Below the pieces are notes generated by a model. That model searched no databases and was not told the DNA's origin. It saw only the letters and a program-made list of their open reading frames with translations. Both the position numbers and the translations under genes were made by a program. 64,000 nucleotides of DNA from Felis catus (Eukaryota), in contig NC_058368.1 of NCBI RefSeq assembly GCF_018350175.1, positions 157,854,001 through 157,918,000 of the forward strand, written 5' to 3'. This document shows, piece after piece, positions 48,986 to 61,889 of the stretch (positions are counted from its first letter, which is position 1; every line of letters begins with the position of its first letter).

Positions 48986-51094
48986 TAAAATGTGAGAGAA
49001 ACTTTCTCTATTCAGGAAATCTTTTCTTATTGAATTTGTCCTAACTTGATTACTTTTTTTAGGTAAATCAGCTATTGTTCATTTGTTTTTAAGATAGTAC
49101 TTTATGGTCGTTGTCATATACCCTTATAATCCTTTGCAAATTTTTTTCTATTGAAGCATTCTTCTGTATCTAGAGGACAAATTCTCAGGGTGCAGAGGCT
49201 AGGGCTTTACAATTTTTGTTTCCTGCAAGACAACTGGAATAGTGAATGTATGCTAATCAAGCAGCTGAAAATATATAGAATGGGTAAACCAAGAATGCTG
49301 TGGAAAAAACTGAACAGAGATATTTCGGTAAAGTTCTGACCCCTTGTCTGCCAGTTGAATCAAATCTCTCCTGATGATGTCTGATCAGCTGTGCTGGCTA
49401 TATCCAAACTATTGCAATAATGTGGGTTTGAATGAAAATGTGTGTTGGCTATCTGTGCCTCATTTTGCATTCTGGACTAGCTAGTTTTCAGAGACAGGAA
49501 CCCTAGACAGTTGACCCAACTTCACATTCCATACTGGCTTGCTGACCACTCTCTTAGGCACCAATTGATACTTTTCTATTGCTTCTCTGTATTGGATTTT
49601 TTGGTAATTGGGTATTGTGTTATTTTGAATTATTTTTATGTCCTCCAGTGTCAGTTCTAAAATCATAGGCGTTCTAGAGCTAGACAATATTTCAATGTGA
49701 ACCATGACTTACAATCTTAGAAACTCTTTATAATGCACAAGCTGAAAGTTAGTTGTTTTGTTGTTATTATTGTGGTTTTTACATATTTAGGCTGCTTTCT
49801 TTTTCATTTGGTCCGTTATGAAATGTGACATTTGACAAAGGGTCACTATTAGTCAGAAAGTTTAGGCCAGGGAGTTAATATGGCTAGGTGCTTATTCTTT
49901 CCAGGAATATTAGTTTTTGAAAGGGAGATTCAGGGAACAACTGCTTATACAAAAGAACAATCTAAAGGAAAAAATTGGGGCTTAAGGAAGGAAGGTACCT
50001 AATAGACATTTTCTTATTTCTACCCTGAGTGAGGTTTTTCTCCACAGACTTGTGCTTGTGTTTCATGGATTTGCTACTGCTGTGGCATTCTGCTGGCGGT
50101 GAGGGAGAGTACTGGATTAATGCCTGTGCTTATCTCATCCCCTACATGTTTGATGTGAAACATTGTTCTTGGGATGACATTTTACAGGAGTTATACCAGC
50201 TGCCGGCATATTTTTACACTCTATGTCCTGCTGTTAACTTAGAAGAAAAATAACCTAAAATAGTGGGAATTAGAAAGGTGTCCTTTGCTAGTGACAAAAG
50301 GGCCAAAGGTGGACTAGGCTCAGGTAGTCCAAAATAGCTATCTTGCTTTTGTTTTGTTTTGTTTCTGCTCTTTTTTCCCTGTTCCTTGAGTTGTGCTATG
50401 GCCATGCCAGGATTCCAAGTTCTTAAAATCCTAGGAGGCACAAGAAAAACATTCCTTCTCTGTTTATTATGCACTTTGTATAAATCTCGGGAGCACTGTT
50501 TGTAGAATAGTTTCCAAATATGAAGCTTGTAAGCAAATTAGAAATTGCTGGAGCTGATCACATATGGTCCTTTCTCTGTGCCTGTGTCATCAGAGAATAG
50601 AGAAATGTAGAAGCACCTGATTCGCTTCCATTTCACTCCAGGTAGACGCTATTCCTACCACAATATAAAGATGTGGTGTTGTCACCTGGTATCTTTTGGA
50701 TGTGAAATAGATATCTAGCCACAGTTTAAGCATGTGCATCTAGCATGTTTGCTGGATGACCCTATGCCCACTGGAATCTTTCATAACTCATCCTAGACTT
50801 GTTTAGAAACCTGGCTTCTCTGTATCAGTGATGTAAAACCAGCAGATGACTATTTGCAAAGCGAGGGAAATAATCCACAATTTAGCAGCTTGGACTTAGA
50901 ATATTGCCTTTCTCCTCCTTTGACTCTAAATCAGGTCCTTTCAGTTGTTGCTTGGTTAGAGAACTGCTTGACCTGAGTAATGCAGATCTTCCTTGCCAGG
51001 AAATCCCATAAATTCATCTTTGTTTCAAATTGCTATTAGGCAGTCTTTGTTTCTCATTGTCTAACACAAGATAAGTATAATTGCTCAACTAGAT

Positions 51095-51250
51095 GGCAGA
51101 GACAGGGTTATAAATACAAGAAGGATGTTTGACTTCATTTCTCATTGTTAAAGTAATTATACCTACTTCTCTGGATTGCTGTGAAGTCCAAATAAATTAA
51201 TACAAGTAAAGTGACAGGGCCTGATACATAGTAAAGATTAGCTATTATTA
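51095..51250 (+). mobile_element. MIR remnant
   Basis: cttcatttctcattgttaaagtaattatacctacttctctggattgctgtgaag…gcctgatacatagtaa. Confidence 0.6.
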
Positions 51251-51537
51251 TAAATTCTGTAATTTATGAATATTAGCATCATTTTCCAGTGTCTGAGGAC
51301 AAATCCAGACTATGCCTGACAAATACACAGACTACCGGAAACCACTGGCTATGGGTTGAATGAAAAGAAACTTTAATCTATAAGTCAATTTTTAGGACTT
51401 CTAAAATTGAAATCTAAACTAATAATAGTTTTAATGCCAAATACTTGAATAAAGAGTCCGGGTATTAGCCACTTTAAACAATTTCAGTCAGGGAGAAGAT
51501 TTGTATAACATGCAAAGTTCTTGGGACCATAAGTTAA

Positions 51538-51549
51538 GTGTGTGTGTGT

Positions 51550-51592
<43 letters not shown>
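51538..51592. repeat. (TG)n microsatellite
   Basis: About 27 units with one TA interruption. Confidence 0.97.
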
Positions 51593-51595
<3 letters not shown>

Positions 51596-53004
51596 AATTA
51601 AATGCAGAATAGAGGAATCCTCTATTTATAGAAAGTCCTATTAATTTGTTAATTGATTCAGTACCTGGGATCAAAACAACAAGGCACCCAAAAGGAAGGC
51701 AGTTTAATAAGACTGAAATATTCTAATAAAGTCACTTGAAACTTTTTGGCTGTGGCTTCCAGTAGCATATTGAAATGGTTGGGAGAACAAATCAGTGTTG
51801 GGAAACATCAAAATGTTCTGCTCTTTGGTAAAGTTGTACTTCATGCCTGCCCAGCCCCCATGCTCCTGTTGGCCGTGAGCCTCCTCCCTGCTCTACTGCA
51901 CATTAGTTACTGCTTTGTTGGCACAGCATATTTCATAAAAGCACTGCTGCCAGAAACACTGGGTGAAAGACATTGATACCAACTAATATTATAACCAGCA
52001 GTTCACACATACATTCACAGCACATAGTTTAATGGAAAACTTGCCTAAATAAGATTGTGCTTTAAAATTTCAATGCTACATGGATTTTAAGATGTTCTCC
52101 TTACCTCTCACTTGATGAGTACTTGTTTGTAAACTTAGTGCCAGATGTCTCCAGACATGCCTCAGATGTCACTGTAGAAAATTCGTCTAAGGGTTACTCC
52201 TTTGTTGTGTTTCTCAAGACCCACTGATTTTTTTCTTCCCCTTGATGAGCAATTTATTAACTTAGATTAGCTATTCATAAAATAACCACTGCCTAGTCTA
52301 TTGATGGAACACCTCAGGAGTTTTACATCAGAACACCAGGACTATCAAAACAAGAAAGATAAGAAACCTGTTTTCAAAGGGAAACACTGGCTGCCCTGGT
52401 GAATTAGTCTTGGCTTTGTGTTTGGAGACTTGTCTAACTAAGAAAGCAAAAGAAAGCACTGTTGCAGAGAAAAAGTAGTAAAAGAAACCTTTCCATGTTT
52501 CCCTCTGTGGTATTCAGAACTACTTCATAAAATGAAGTGCTCAAAATACACAACTTATTTGGCTACCACTGTGTTAATATTCTCAAGAGGTCTCTTTTTT
52601 GCTGTTTTAATGTATATAAGATATAGAATCAACTGCAGTTCCTCATCTAAACCATAAAATACAGAAAATGATTTAAGTGACTATTTCCTCAATCTCTTCA
52701 AAGATGGCACACAACTAGGCCTCTGTAGCTGCATAGGAGAGATGTTTGTTTATTACATACAGTGGATGCCATAGTCAATAGAAATAAATTCTCTCAAACT
52801 TGGTACAAATGACTGATAGACTTTCAAGTATGCCATTGAATATGATCTTTAGGATATAATTATGGTCAATAAAAGTTTAAATAAGAGTCAAAAAGCTTCA
52901 GAGCTGGAAATAGTCAAACCAATACTCAAATGAAAATTCAGGACAATGCTCCCTCATATCTTGTTTGGTTATTTTTTTCTTTTTTAAAGATACAAGTTTA
53001 TTTT

Positions 53005-53890
53005 GCTCTTTATTGACATAATTTACACACAATAAAATTCATGTGTTTTAGGTGTACAGTTTAATGAATTTTGACAAATCTATATAGTCATGTAACTACA
53101 ACCAAAGTCAAGATCTGGGATAATTTTTTATAAGCCTTTTTAGTAAACTCTTTCCCCTGTCCATCTACCAATAACCACTGATCCGATTTCTGTTTCTGTA
53201 ATTTTTTTCCTTTTTTATAATAACATATTAATTAAATCATTCAGTATGTAGTCTCTTGAGTCGAACCTTTTTCTCTTAGCATAATGCTCTTGAGATTCGT
53301 CCATGTTGGTGCATGTAACTGTAGTTTTTTTCTTTTTTATTACCATGTGGCTCTAACATAATTTATCTATTGACTAGTTGGTGAAAATTTGGTTTTGTTT
53401 TTGGCTTTTAGTATTTATGAATTAAGTTGTTGTAAATATTCATATGCAGGTCTTTGTGTGAACATAGGTTTTCATGTCTCTAAGGGTAACCTACATGTAA
53501 GTTTACATCTACCAGAAACTGTCAAACTTGTTTCCAAAGTAGAATTCTCACCAGCAAAATAGAAGTGTTCTAGCCTCTTTGTTTCCTCATCAGCATTTGA
53601 TATTGTCATATATGGTAAAAACCATTCAGATATAGTTTGACTAAGTGGTGGTTGTAAGCTTTGATTGATCTCAGATAGAACTAAATTGCTCTCACCCTCA
53701 TCCACTCAGTGAGATTATATGAGATTATAAACCTCTTGCAATGGGAAAGAAAAGCCAAAGAATTAAAATAATTCTGTGATTTTTTTCTCCATTATTGCAC
53801 TTTGATATCTATCTATCTATCTATCTATATATATATATTTAATTTGAGTCATTCTAGTAGATGTGTAGTGGTCTCTCATTGTGTCTTTCA
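53005..53890 (-). mobile_element. Old L1M(B-type) 3' region interrupted by a duplicated unique segment
   Basis: ttattgacataatttacacacaataaaattc…tgagattcgtccatgttg…catttgatattgtca | insert | aatttgagtcattctagtagatgtgtagtggtctctcattgtg. Confidence 0.8.
53616..53838 (+). repeat. Copy 1 of a ~200-bp local direct duplication (partner at 55004-55238)
   Basis: About 10 substitutions over ~170 aligned nt plus one 11-nt indel, by manual alignment. Confidence 0.95.
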
Positions 53891-54624
53891 AGTTTTAATA
53901 GTTACGTTTATTAAGATCAGTTATGAAAGACACATCAAATAATTGACAATTTCTGTCGTTTTGTTAGACTTGGACATTGGCTCTTCACCATGTTCTCCTA
54001 CCGATGTTGCACCACTAGGCTGTCGCTAATCATATATTATGACTATGCAATACTCAAGTATACATGGCTTTAGGAGGCACAGAATCTTTGCTTTCTAGCC
54101 AGATTGAAATCTTGCTCACACAGGATATGTAATGAAATCATTAAAAGCTTTTGCTCTTTTTTTTTTCCTCATACAGTGTGGCAGGGTAATCCCTACCTGG
54201 GGAATGTTTCTGCTCATCATCTCCAAAACTGAAAGGTAGTCAATTATTTTATGCAACCCTCCAAACCAGCCTCACATAGAAAATTGGCTTTTGCTGCAGC
54301 AAGAAGGGAATAAAAGTTTCTAGAGCTATAGCAGCAATTTACTTTTATCCTTACAGAAGTTAGGCATCTTTCCTTTTACCTTTGATTATTTGTTGGGTCC
54401 TGTGATCACTTGCTCTTATTACCCTTTGTCTTGCTGTTACTGAGTTTTGACGTGGACTGAGGCCATCCCTCATCTTTCCTATGTAGTAGTAGTATGAGTG
54501 AGACCTAGTGAGTGGGGCTCTGGTCCTTCCTTTCTAGTTTCAACTAGACCGGAACCTTCTCTGCTTCACAAGTATAGCAGCTCCTTCATGACTTCATTAC
54601 TTTTTTTTTTTTTTTTTTTTTTAA

Positions 54625-54908
54625 ATCCCTGCTGGGAATCTCTTTGCTCTCCTTCTCTGCCTGGGAATTTCTTACTTGTCTTTCAAGATCAGATCAAATG
54701 TTACCTCCTTTAAGATCCCAAACTCCCTGAGTCCTATTAGTCACACCCACTGAACTCTGCTTTTGTTTTGTTAGAAAATCAATCACATTGGCATGTGATT
54801 ATCTATTCAGATATATGTATCTCCCCTGGATTCTGAACTCTTACCAGGCAAGAACCACATGTTAATTATGTTAACACATTGTACGCAATAAATATTTTTG
54901 ACTGACTC
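54625..54908 (+). mobile_element. L2 3' remnant
   Basis: cttacttgtctttcaagatcagatcaaatgttacctcctt…ctgaactcttaccaggcaagaacca…caataaatatttttgactgact. Confidence 0.75.
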
Positions 54909-55003
54909 TGGGCATTTCATATAGCTATATTTAAATGTAGAGATTTTCTTCAGCTTAGAAAGAGAATGATTGAAGCAACTGCTAAACAGAAATTTTTGTT
55001 TAA

Positions 55004-55201
55004 TAAAAGACATTCACATATAGTTTGGCTAAGTGGTGGGTGTAAACTTTGATTGACCTCAGATAGAACTATATTCCTCTCACCCTCATCCACTCAGTGA
55101 ATTATAAACCTCTTGCAATGGGAAAGAAAAGTCAAAGAATTAAAAGAATTCTGTGATTTTTGTCTCCATTATTGCACTTTGGTATATATATACATATATA
55201 T

Positions 55202-55238
<37 letters not shown>
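55004..55238 (+). repeat. Copy 2 (probable donor) of the local direct duplication, ending in (TA)n
   Basis: cattcacatatagtttggctaagtggtgg…ccattattgcactttgg(TA)n matches 53623-53838. Confidence 0.95.
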
Positions 55239-55242
<4 letters not shown>

Positions 55243-55280
55243 ATTGCTTTAGCCATGTCAGCAAAATAATTAAGGCTATG

Positions 55281-55414
55281 AGACTAAACAAACAATATTT
55301 TAGTATGACTATATCCCATGCAATATTTGGGAAATACTTATACTTAAAAAAAAGTTTTTTGTTTATCTAAAATTCAAATTTAACTAGATGTCCTGTATCT
55401 TATAGGGCAAACCT
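55281..55414. mobile_element. MER53-like palindromic hAT MITE, partial
   Basis: tcccatgcaatatttggga…gtttatctaaaattcaaatttaactagatgtcctgtat…ggcaaaccta. Confidence 0.75.
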
Positions 55415-55724
55415 AGTCAAAGAAAAACCTCTTCATCTTGTATACTGGAATGACTGATAGGAATAGTCAGTGTTCTTGGAAGTCAGTTCAGAAATATATA
55501 ATGGACACTGTGAGGCTATTATTCCCCCAGACTGGCAAGTATGGGTCAATTCGGGTGGATGATCCTCTTGGCCAGTGTAGAGTACAAGACCATGAAGAGA
55601 ACCGAGACAGAAACAAAGGAGAAAAGTAAAGTCCCTGGTGCTGTGGCCATTTGGGTCATGTAGAGATCTGTATCTATCTTAGATTAAAGAAGGCTTCATA
55701 TACATACTAATCTTCTTATGAGAG

Positions 55725-56220
55725 ATCTATCTTTTTCCTTTGAATGTGGGAATCCATGTAACTGCTTTAACCAATAAAATAATAGTAGATGTACCACTGT
55801 ACCAATTTCTGAGCCAAGGCCCTGAGAGTCTCCATTTCTACTTCCCATCACTTAGAACACTCTTTTAGGGAACCACAAGCTTCCATCCAAGAGTTCTAGT
55901 TTCCCTGACACTGTCATGCTAGAGAGGCCTTGTGTGGGAACTTGTGTTGACAGATCCAGCTAAGCCCACCCTTTCTGCCATCCCCGTCAAGCCACATGAC
56001 AGTGAAACTGTTTTGGACCCCTTGCCCCTGCCCTGGACCCACCTGAGAGTTGGATATCACCAAGTGAACTCCTTCAATACCACAGGGAACAAAAGAAACA
56101 CCCAGCTAAGCCCAGCCTGAATTTCTGACCCATAACATCTGGAGGTACAATAAAATGGTTTCCTTTTTAAGCTGCCAAGTTTCCAATGGTTTTATAACAC
56201 ATCAATAGATAAACAGAACA
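55725..56220 (+). mobile_element. MLT1H/G-like LTR
   Basis: gtaactgctttaaccaataaaat…cagctaagcccagcctgaatttctgaccca…aataaaatggtt…ttaagctgccaagttt…aatagataaacagaaca. Confidence 0.8.
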
Positions 56221-58349
56221 ATGAATACAAATAGTGAATTCCCTGACCCTGTGGTGACTTTGTGAAGAAAGGGAGGCTTTCAATCATGGAGTATTCAAAC
56301 TTCTCCATTTGTTTGTTTGTTTGCAAGGAGATCTTGTTTGGAATGAAATTTCAACAGAACACTACAAGTAATAGAGCTCAAAGCCGAACTGCCTCAGCTG
56401 AAGCTTAGCTAGGAGCTCAGAGTGACATCTTCTCTGCCCATCTCTTTTCCCAAACGCATCAGAAGCCAGGAGATGCTCTGCAGTGCAGCTGAAAAGAATT
56501 GTGAGATATAGCTGAGACCTAACCTAGGAGGCAGGTTAACAATGAGGAAATATGCAAATTTGGGACTAGATGCAGAGAACACACCATAGGAGACCAACAC
56601 TATCAGTATGAGATAAAGCCAGAGTGCAGAGTGCAGTAAGAAATCCACAGCATTTGCTATAAAAACAAAAAACAAAAAATAAAACAAAACAAAAAAACCT
56701 TCTGTAAGTAGAGGGAGAGGCTGAGAGAATGCAGAGAGAATCTTAAAAGCCCCATAGAGGGTGTCATTGGGAATCCCAAAGGTGGATGATGCAAGAAAGG
56801 GGCTGACACTCCAACCTAAGCCACTCAGGGCCAAAGACTTTACTAATTTCTCTGTGAGGAAAGATTAAATAAGGCCACACCTGGGTTACATATGCTGTAA
56901 GTGATACTTATCTAACTTCATTATCCAGTAATTCTGTCTCCAGTTTTACTTTGGTTCTTCTCAAATAAGGTCAATTATTTTCTGAAATGTTACTCATAAC
57001 ATCTCTTTTTAGATATTGTTGGATGAAAATTGTCCAAACCTGGGTGGTCTCAAAAGATTATCTAGTTATCTTGGTACCTAAGGAGGGACTATATATGAGT
57101 CAACAAAGCCCCTGAGTAACAGATGCTAGTAAGAGAACAGATACCCAACAAGGGACTCATCCAGCTTGGACATTGCCAAGAAAGCCTTTCACATGCAGTC
57201 AACTGATCAGAAAACCATTGGTTTATTTAAAGTGAGGCATACCCGCATTAGAAAGGTGTTGTCCTGTTTTAGAATTAAAGTCTAGCATATTTATTCTGTA
57301 ATATACTTGAAAAATAATTTTATTTAATGAATATGGATGATGATTATAATAACTTAGTCATATTACATGAACTCTTCTTCCGAGGAAGGGCAAAGCTTTT
57401 AAATAAGCCACTTCTAAAAACCATCACATCCTACTGCATGCAGCAACAGTCAGAGAAGCCCTGACTTGGCAAGTTACTGTATTAACTTAATAAGCTGAGT
57501 GAATTCTGAGGTTAGCTGAGACAGGCCCCTTGGAGGACCTTACATGAGTTTTATTAGGAAACAAAGAGCACATATAAAGGTTTGGTAATATTTGTACCCT
57601 GGTATTATTCAGAATATACATTCACAGTCTGCAACATTAATGCTTCCTTCCGAGCCAATAATGCTGTGTGCTGGAAAGCAGATCAGCAGTAGCTCAAATT
57701 TATTCAGAATCTATAATGCTGACTACTTGACAACAGAAAAAACAGTCATGAAATGCTATCGTGGAGCGGTCAGTTATTATAACAATAGCTCAGTGGCTTG
57801 ACATTTTCAGCAGTAAAATATCTAGGCATATGAACTTTAAAAAAATCACGGCAATTTTTAGTCATGGCAGCAGAATACATTTGTAACCATGAGACTATTC
57901 ATTTTCTCGCCTGTTAACCTTCCTGTTGGAGCAATTGCTCCCCTGGCTGGTTCGTTTGATGATGAAGTGATCAATTTCTGGACACGTAGCAAGTCACTGT
58001 GTGTTTGAAACTTTCCAGAGCAAGAGTGGGCAATTATTTTGACTTCAAGCACAAGTTGGTATATACGGCTAAATGCAAAGAACTCCCTGTGGGGAACTAG
58101 TACTTCTTTGCTAATGTGTCAGAACACACCAGTCAGACATAACTTAATGGTAATAGCTCAGTGAATTTTTAGAAACAGTGCTTCTGGACTGATTGACTCT
58201 ATTCTTCCTCCTACATCTCTTGGATCCAGAGGGCCATAATCTCATAGAGACAGACATTCACGGTTCTGTTCAAAGACAGGATCAATTGCTGTGTTGCAGA
58301 CACCTCTTCACTTTGGTCGCTTGTTCTCTCATACATGCTATGATAACCC

Positions 58350-58650
58350 AGGGCCACAGGGTAAGGTGGAAAGATACCAGATCTGGAGTCAAGAGCCCTA
58401 AATTTGAAATCAGTCTTCCCCTTGCATGATGGACGGTTGACATATCACTCAACACTTGGTTTCTTGGCTTCCTTGTTGAGTAAGAGTGAGGGTTATGAAC
58501 CTGTACTCAGTAGTTGGACTGTCTGGGTTCTCTGTGTTTGGTTTCCCTGTCAGGGAAATGATGGTATTGATGGCTAACTCTATAGCACTTACTTTGTGCT
58601 AGGCCATTTCCTAAGTGCTTTCCATATGTATTAACTAATTTAATTCTACT
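58350..58650. mobile_element. Two MIR fragments in opposite orientations
   Basis: ctggagtcaagagccctaaatttgaaatc (plus); tagcacttactttgtgctaggccatttcctaagtgctttccatatgtattaactaattta (minus). Confidence 0.6.
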
Positions 58651-60269
58651 CTTAGAATTTATATCACCTGTCAAAGTGTGCCCCAGTGCCCTGCTTGGGA
58701 CAGAAGGATGCAAGTGGGACCTCAAGGCTGGGAATTATGATTCTTCAGTGGCATTTTTGGAGGTCCCTGGTTGGCCCTGAGGGTGGTACAAAGGCTGGTT
58801 GGCTGTGCAGTGAGTCAAGGGAGAGGAGGCAGTCTTGCCAGAAGGTGCCCAAAGCTTCTGTGGTCATTTTCAGAGATACCAACAAGAAGCTTTCCCTCCT
58901 ACCTCACAGCTTGCCCTTCACCCCCCTCAGCCCCAAAGAGAGCCATTCTCTGCTTACACATGCCTAACTAGCTGCCTATTGCCAAGTGTCTCCTTTTCCC
59001 TTTGAAAACTGGCCTTGATATTCATTCTCACCCAATTCTACTGGTGCCTGGGTACTTTTGGGAAAGAGCAAACATACCATCAGAGACCCTTGGGTAGAGT
59101 TCAGCACTGAGACATTTCAGATCTTCTTATCTACCCAAATACACAACAGCCTTTGGCCCAGGAAGAGCAAGGGGGTGGAGTCATGCTTTTGGTTTGCAGT
59201 AGGCACGGACTTTGAAGAAATCTCTACAGTTTGACTTCATTATTTGTTTGTCTCAGTAACTTGTTTCCATGCTGCTGCCTCTGATACCTTTACATGCTAG
59301 TTTTAAAAACCCTCACGTTACCTCAAACTACCAAAAGTTACCAAATTTGGCAGAATGTATAGCTTCCCCCAGCTCTGCTACTAAATAGATGATGTCAGGC
59401 TCCAGACTTGACTCCCTTCAACTGCTAACAATGGATTTACAAGGAGAAAGAGACCGTCAGTTTACTTCTGCTACTCTTCTCATATAGCATTTTGTGTCAG
59501 GGCTTTAATCCCCTCCCTGCTCGACACCCACCCCCACCCCCACTCCCAATAGGCTTGCTTCCTGGTCTGAGGAAAATTGACTTTTATAGTTCATCTGCCT
59601 TTCCCTGGTCCTCCACTGACCCTTCAGTCCATGTTGAGCAACAGAACTTCTAGAAATTTCCATGGATTTTCAGGATTTGGAGCATTTTGGAGAAGTGGGA
59701 GGTAAACTGAGGTCTGGACAGGTACCTGTTTGTTTCCTTGCTTGCCTATGCATGCAGAAGATATCTGATGCCTATCTTCAAAGAAGTGTTCACCCAATCA
59801 CAGAGTGTTGGGTTAGCAAAGACACTTTCTAGTGGGACAAGTTCCTATAGTTTTTAACCTTTGGCTCCCAGAGTACATTGTCACTAAGGGATTGAACTCT
59901 GAGGTCAATGCTTTATGTTGTTTCTTGTAACAAGGGACATTTTGTTAATAGTTGTAGTTTATTACGGTAAATGATCTGGTTACAAGTATCAGGAGCTACA
60001 AAGAGAAATAAACCACAGTACCACACTTCATTTTTCATTTTTGTTTTTCAGATGCATGACTGGAGAAAATGAGATGATTCCTTTTATATTTTTCTTTTTA
60101 ATTTTTTTCTTTACAATCCAGGCCTTCATTGCCTGTTGGTACCTGTTCAACACCAACAGCCAACAATTACCACTCTTTTTTCTGGCTCAAGTACTTATTT
60201 TTTTAGCTTTTTTTGGTTGTCGTTGTTAAGGAACTGTGTTTATAGTTCACATTTTATAGTTGCAAGGAA

Positions 60270-60415
60270 CCGTAAAGGTCATAGAGTTCAACCATCCAAT
60301 TTGACCATGAAGAAATTGAGGCTCTGAAGTGAAGTGCTTCATTCCAGTTTCTACAGCTCATCTCTAGCAGAGGTGAGAAAGGACCCTCACTCCAGACGAG
60401 GTGCTCTTTTCTACG
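60270..60415 (-). mobile_element. MIR remnant
   Basis: catgaagaaattgaggctctgaagtgaagtgcttc…gtgctcttttctac. Confidence 0.6.
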
Positions 60416-61324
60416 CACGTTGTTATCCCCCTTTCTATTTTCCCACCTATTTATAGTACCCTTCCTCTGGGCTCTCTAAGACATAAGATTATAGGACATA
60501 CAGTTCCAAGAATCCCTGTTTATGTTTTGTTAGCAGATGGCCTTCAAATACTAACCTTTGGTTGCCTTAAAGAATAGCCCATATCTTATTGATAGAAGTT
60601 CTTTATGCTGATCTTTATTTAATTCACTGTTTCCCAGGATCCTCATCCTTTCCAGCTGGTTATTAATTATCAGGCAATATCCTCTTGAGCTGTCTCTATT
60701 TTTAATTACCTTATTAATTGTATTCACAAAAATTGATCTCTCTGACATTCTAAGTCTGACTCACTGAGGAAATAAGTCTAATATTCACAAGAGACTTCAA
60801 CAATCTCACTACCTTAACTTATTATTTCCATTATGCAGACTGTTATCACTAGAAGCCAGATGTGACTGCCTAGTTGAATGGGCCTTTATCCTAATCATAA
60901 TTACAATGTTCTTTAAGGATTCTCTGTGGCTCACCTTTCTTGCTTACTCAGACACACATGATACTTATCAGTTCATTTCTACCCTACCTTCACTCTTTAA
61001 TCTTTAACATAGAAGGAATTTCCTCCCTCATATTATCCTTGTGGTAATCTTTTATTTGCAATTCAAAGTAATTACGGTGAGTAAAGATGAATGTATTTTT
61101 TAGTTCTTCATTTTTTACTGTAACACTGCACCCTAAGGGCCTGATGACCAATTAAACATTTAAAAACAACTTTTTTGTCAAGTTTTTATATACAAAGATC
61201 GTTTCTTAATGTGTGCTATTTAAGGACTCTTTTTTCCTTCACAACAAGGTATGCTACTGTTAACCCCATCTTTTTGACCAGATTCCACTTAACTTTTATG
61301 AAGTGACAAGAGTAAACAGGTTCT

Positions 61325-61520
61325 TTGTTTGTTTGTTTGTTTGTTTTTGAGAGAGACAGAGACGGTGTGAGTGTGGGAGGGCAGAGACAGGAGAGAGGGA
61401 GACAGAGAATGCCAAGCAGGTGAAGGCTGTTGCGGGGCTTGACCACTCAAACCTGTGAGATCATGTCATGAGGCTAAAACAAGAGTGAAAGGCTTGATCA
61501 ACTGAGCCACCCAGGTCCCC
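61325..61520 (-). mobile_element. Can-SINE with (TTTG)n tail
   Basis: Perfect 17-bp TSD aagagtaaacaggttct at 61308-61324 and 61521-61537. Confidence 0.95.
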
Positions 61521-61889
61521 AAGAGTAAACAGGTTCTCACATATAAGTTGGCCATTGTTTCATACGATCCTTTGTATATTTGCATTAGAAATGGTTGATC
61601 AGTAGAAAATTAGAGCTGAAGACTAGAATCTCTATGAAAAACATATATATTAAAGAGATAATTCCTATACAGTTTATTTGTGGTTGGCAGCAAGTCAGCT
61701 CCCATCTTTTAGAAAGAGTAATATAAATTCAAAATGCCAGTGTTTTTCATGATGAGAAAAATGGCCACCTGGATGCCACCAATGGGCAGATTTTGTTTTT
61801 GCTGGGGGTACAGTGATCCAATTTGATGAGTTACATAACTGGGTCTCTCCGTGTTATCTAAAGCCTGCAGAACATTGACTGGGGTTCTA

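Noticed and set aside
50728..50753. Possible p53 response element (two CATG half-sites)
   Set aside because: Both halves mismatch RRRCWWGYYY and they are spaced apart; not distinguishable from chance
56409..56834. 141-aa hydrophobic, membrane-like ORF
   Set aside because: Starts at a non-ATG codon, and its hydrophobicity follows from the T-rich minus strand including an (AAAAC)n tract
1481..61520. SINE heads as tRNA genes, and SINE strand bias (12 minus vs 7 plus) as evidence of host-gene direction
   Set aside because: The heads are tRNA-derived SINE promoters followed by CT repeats and A-tails; the strand imbalance is too small to be informative, and L1s occur in both orientations
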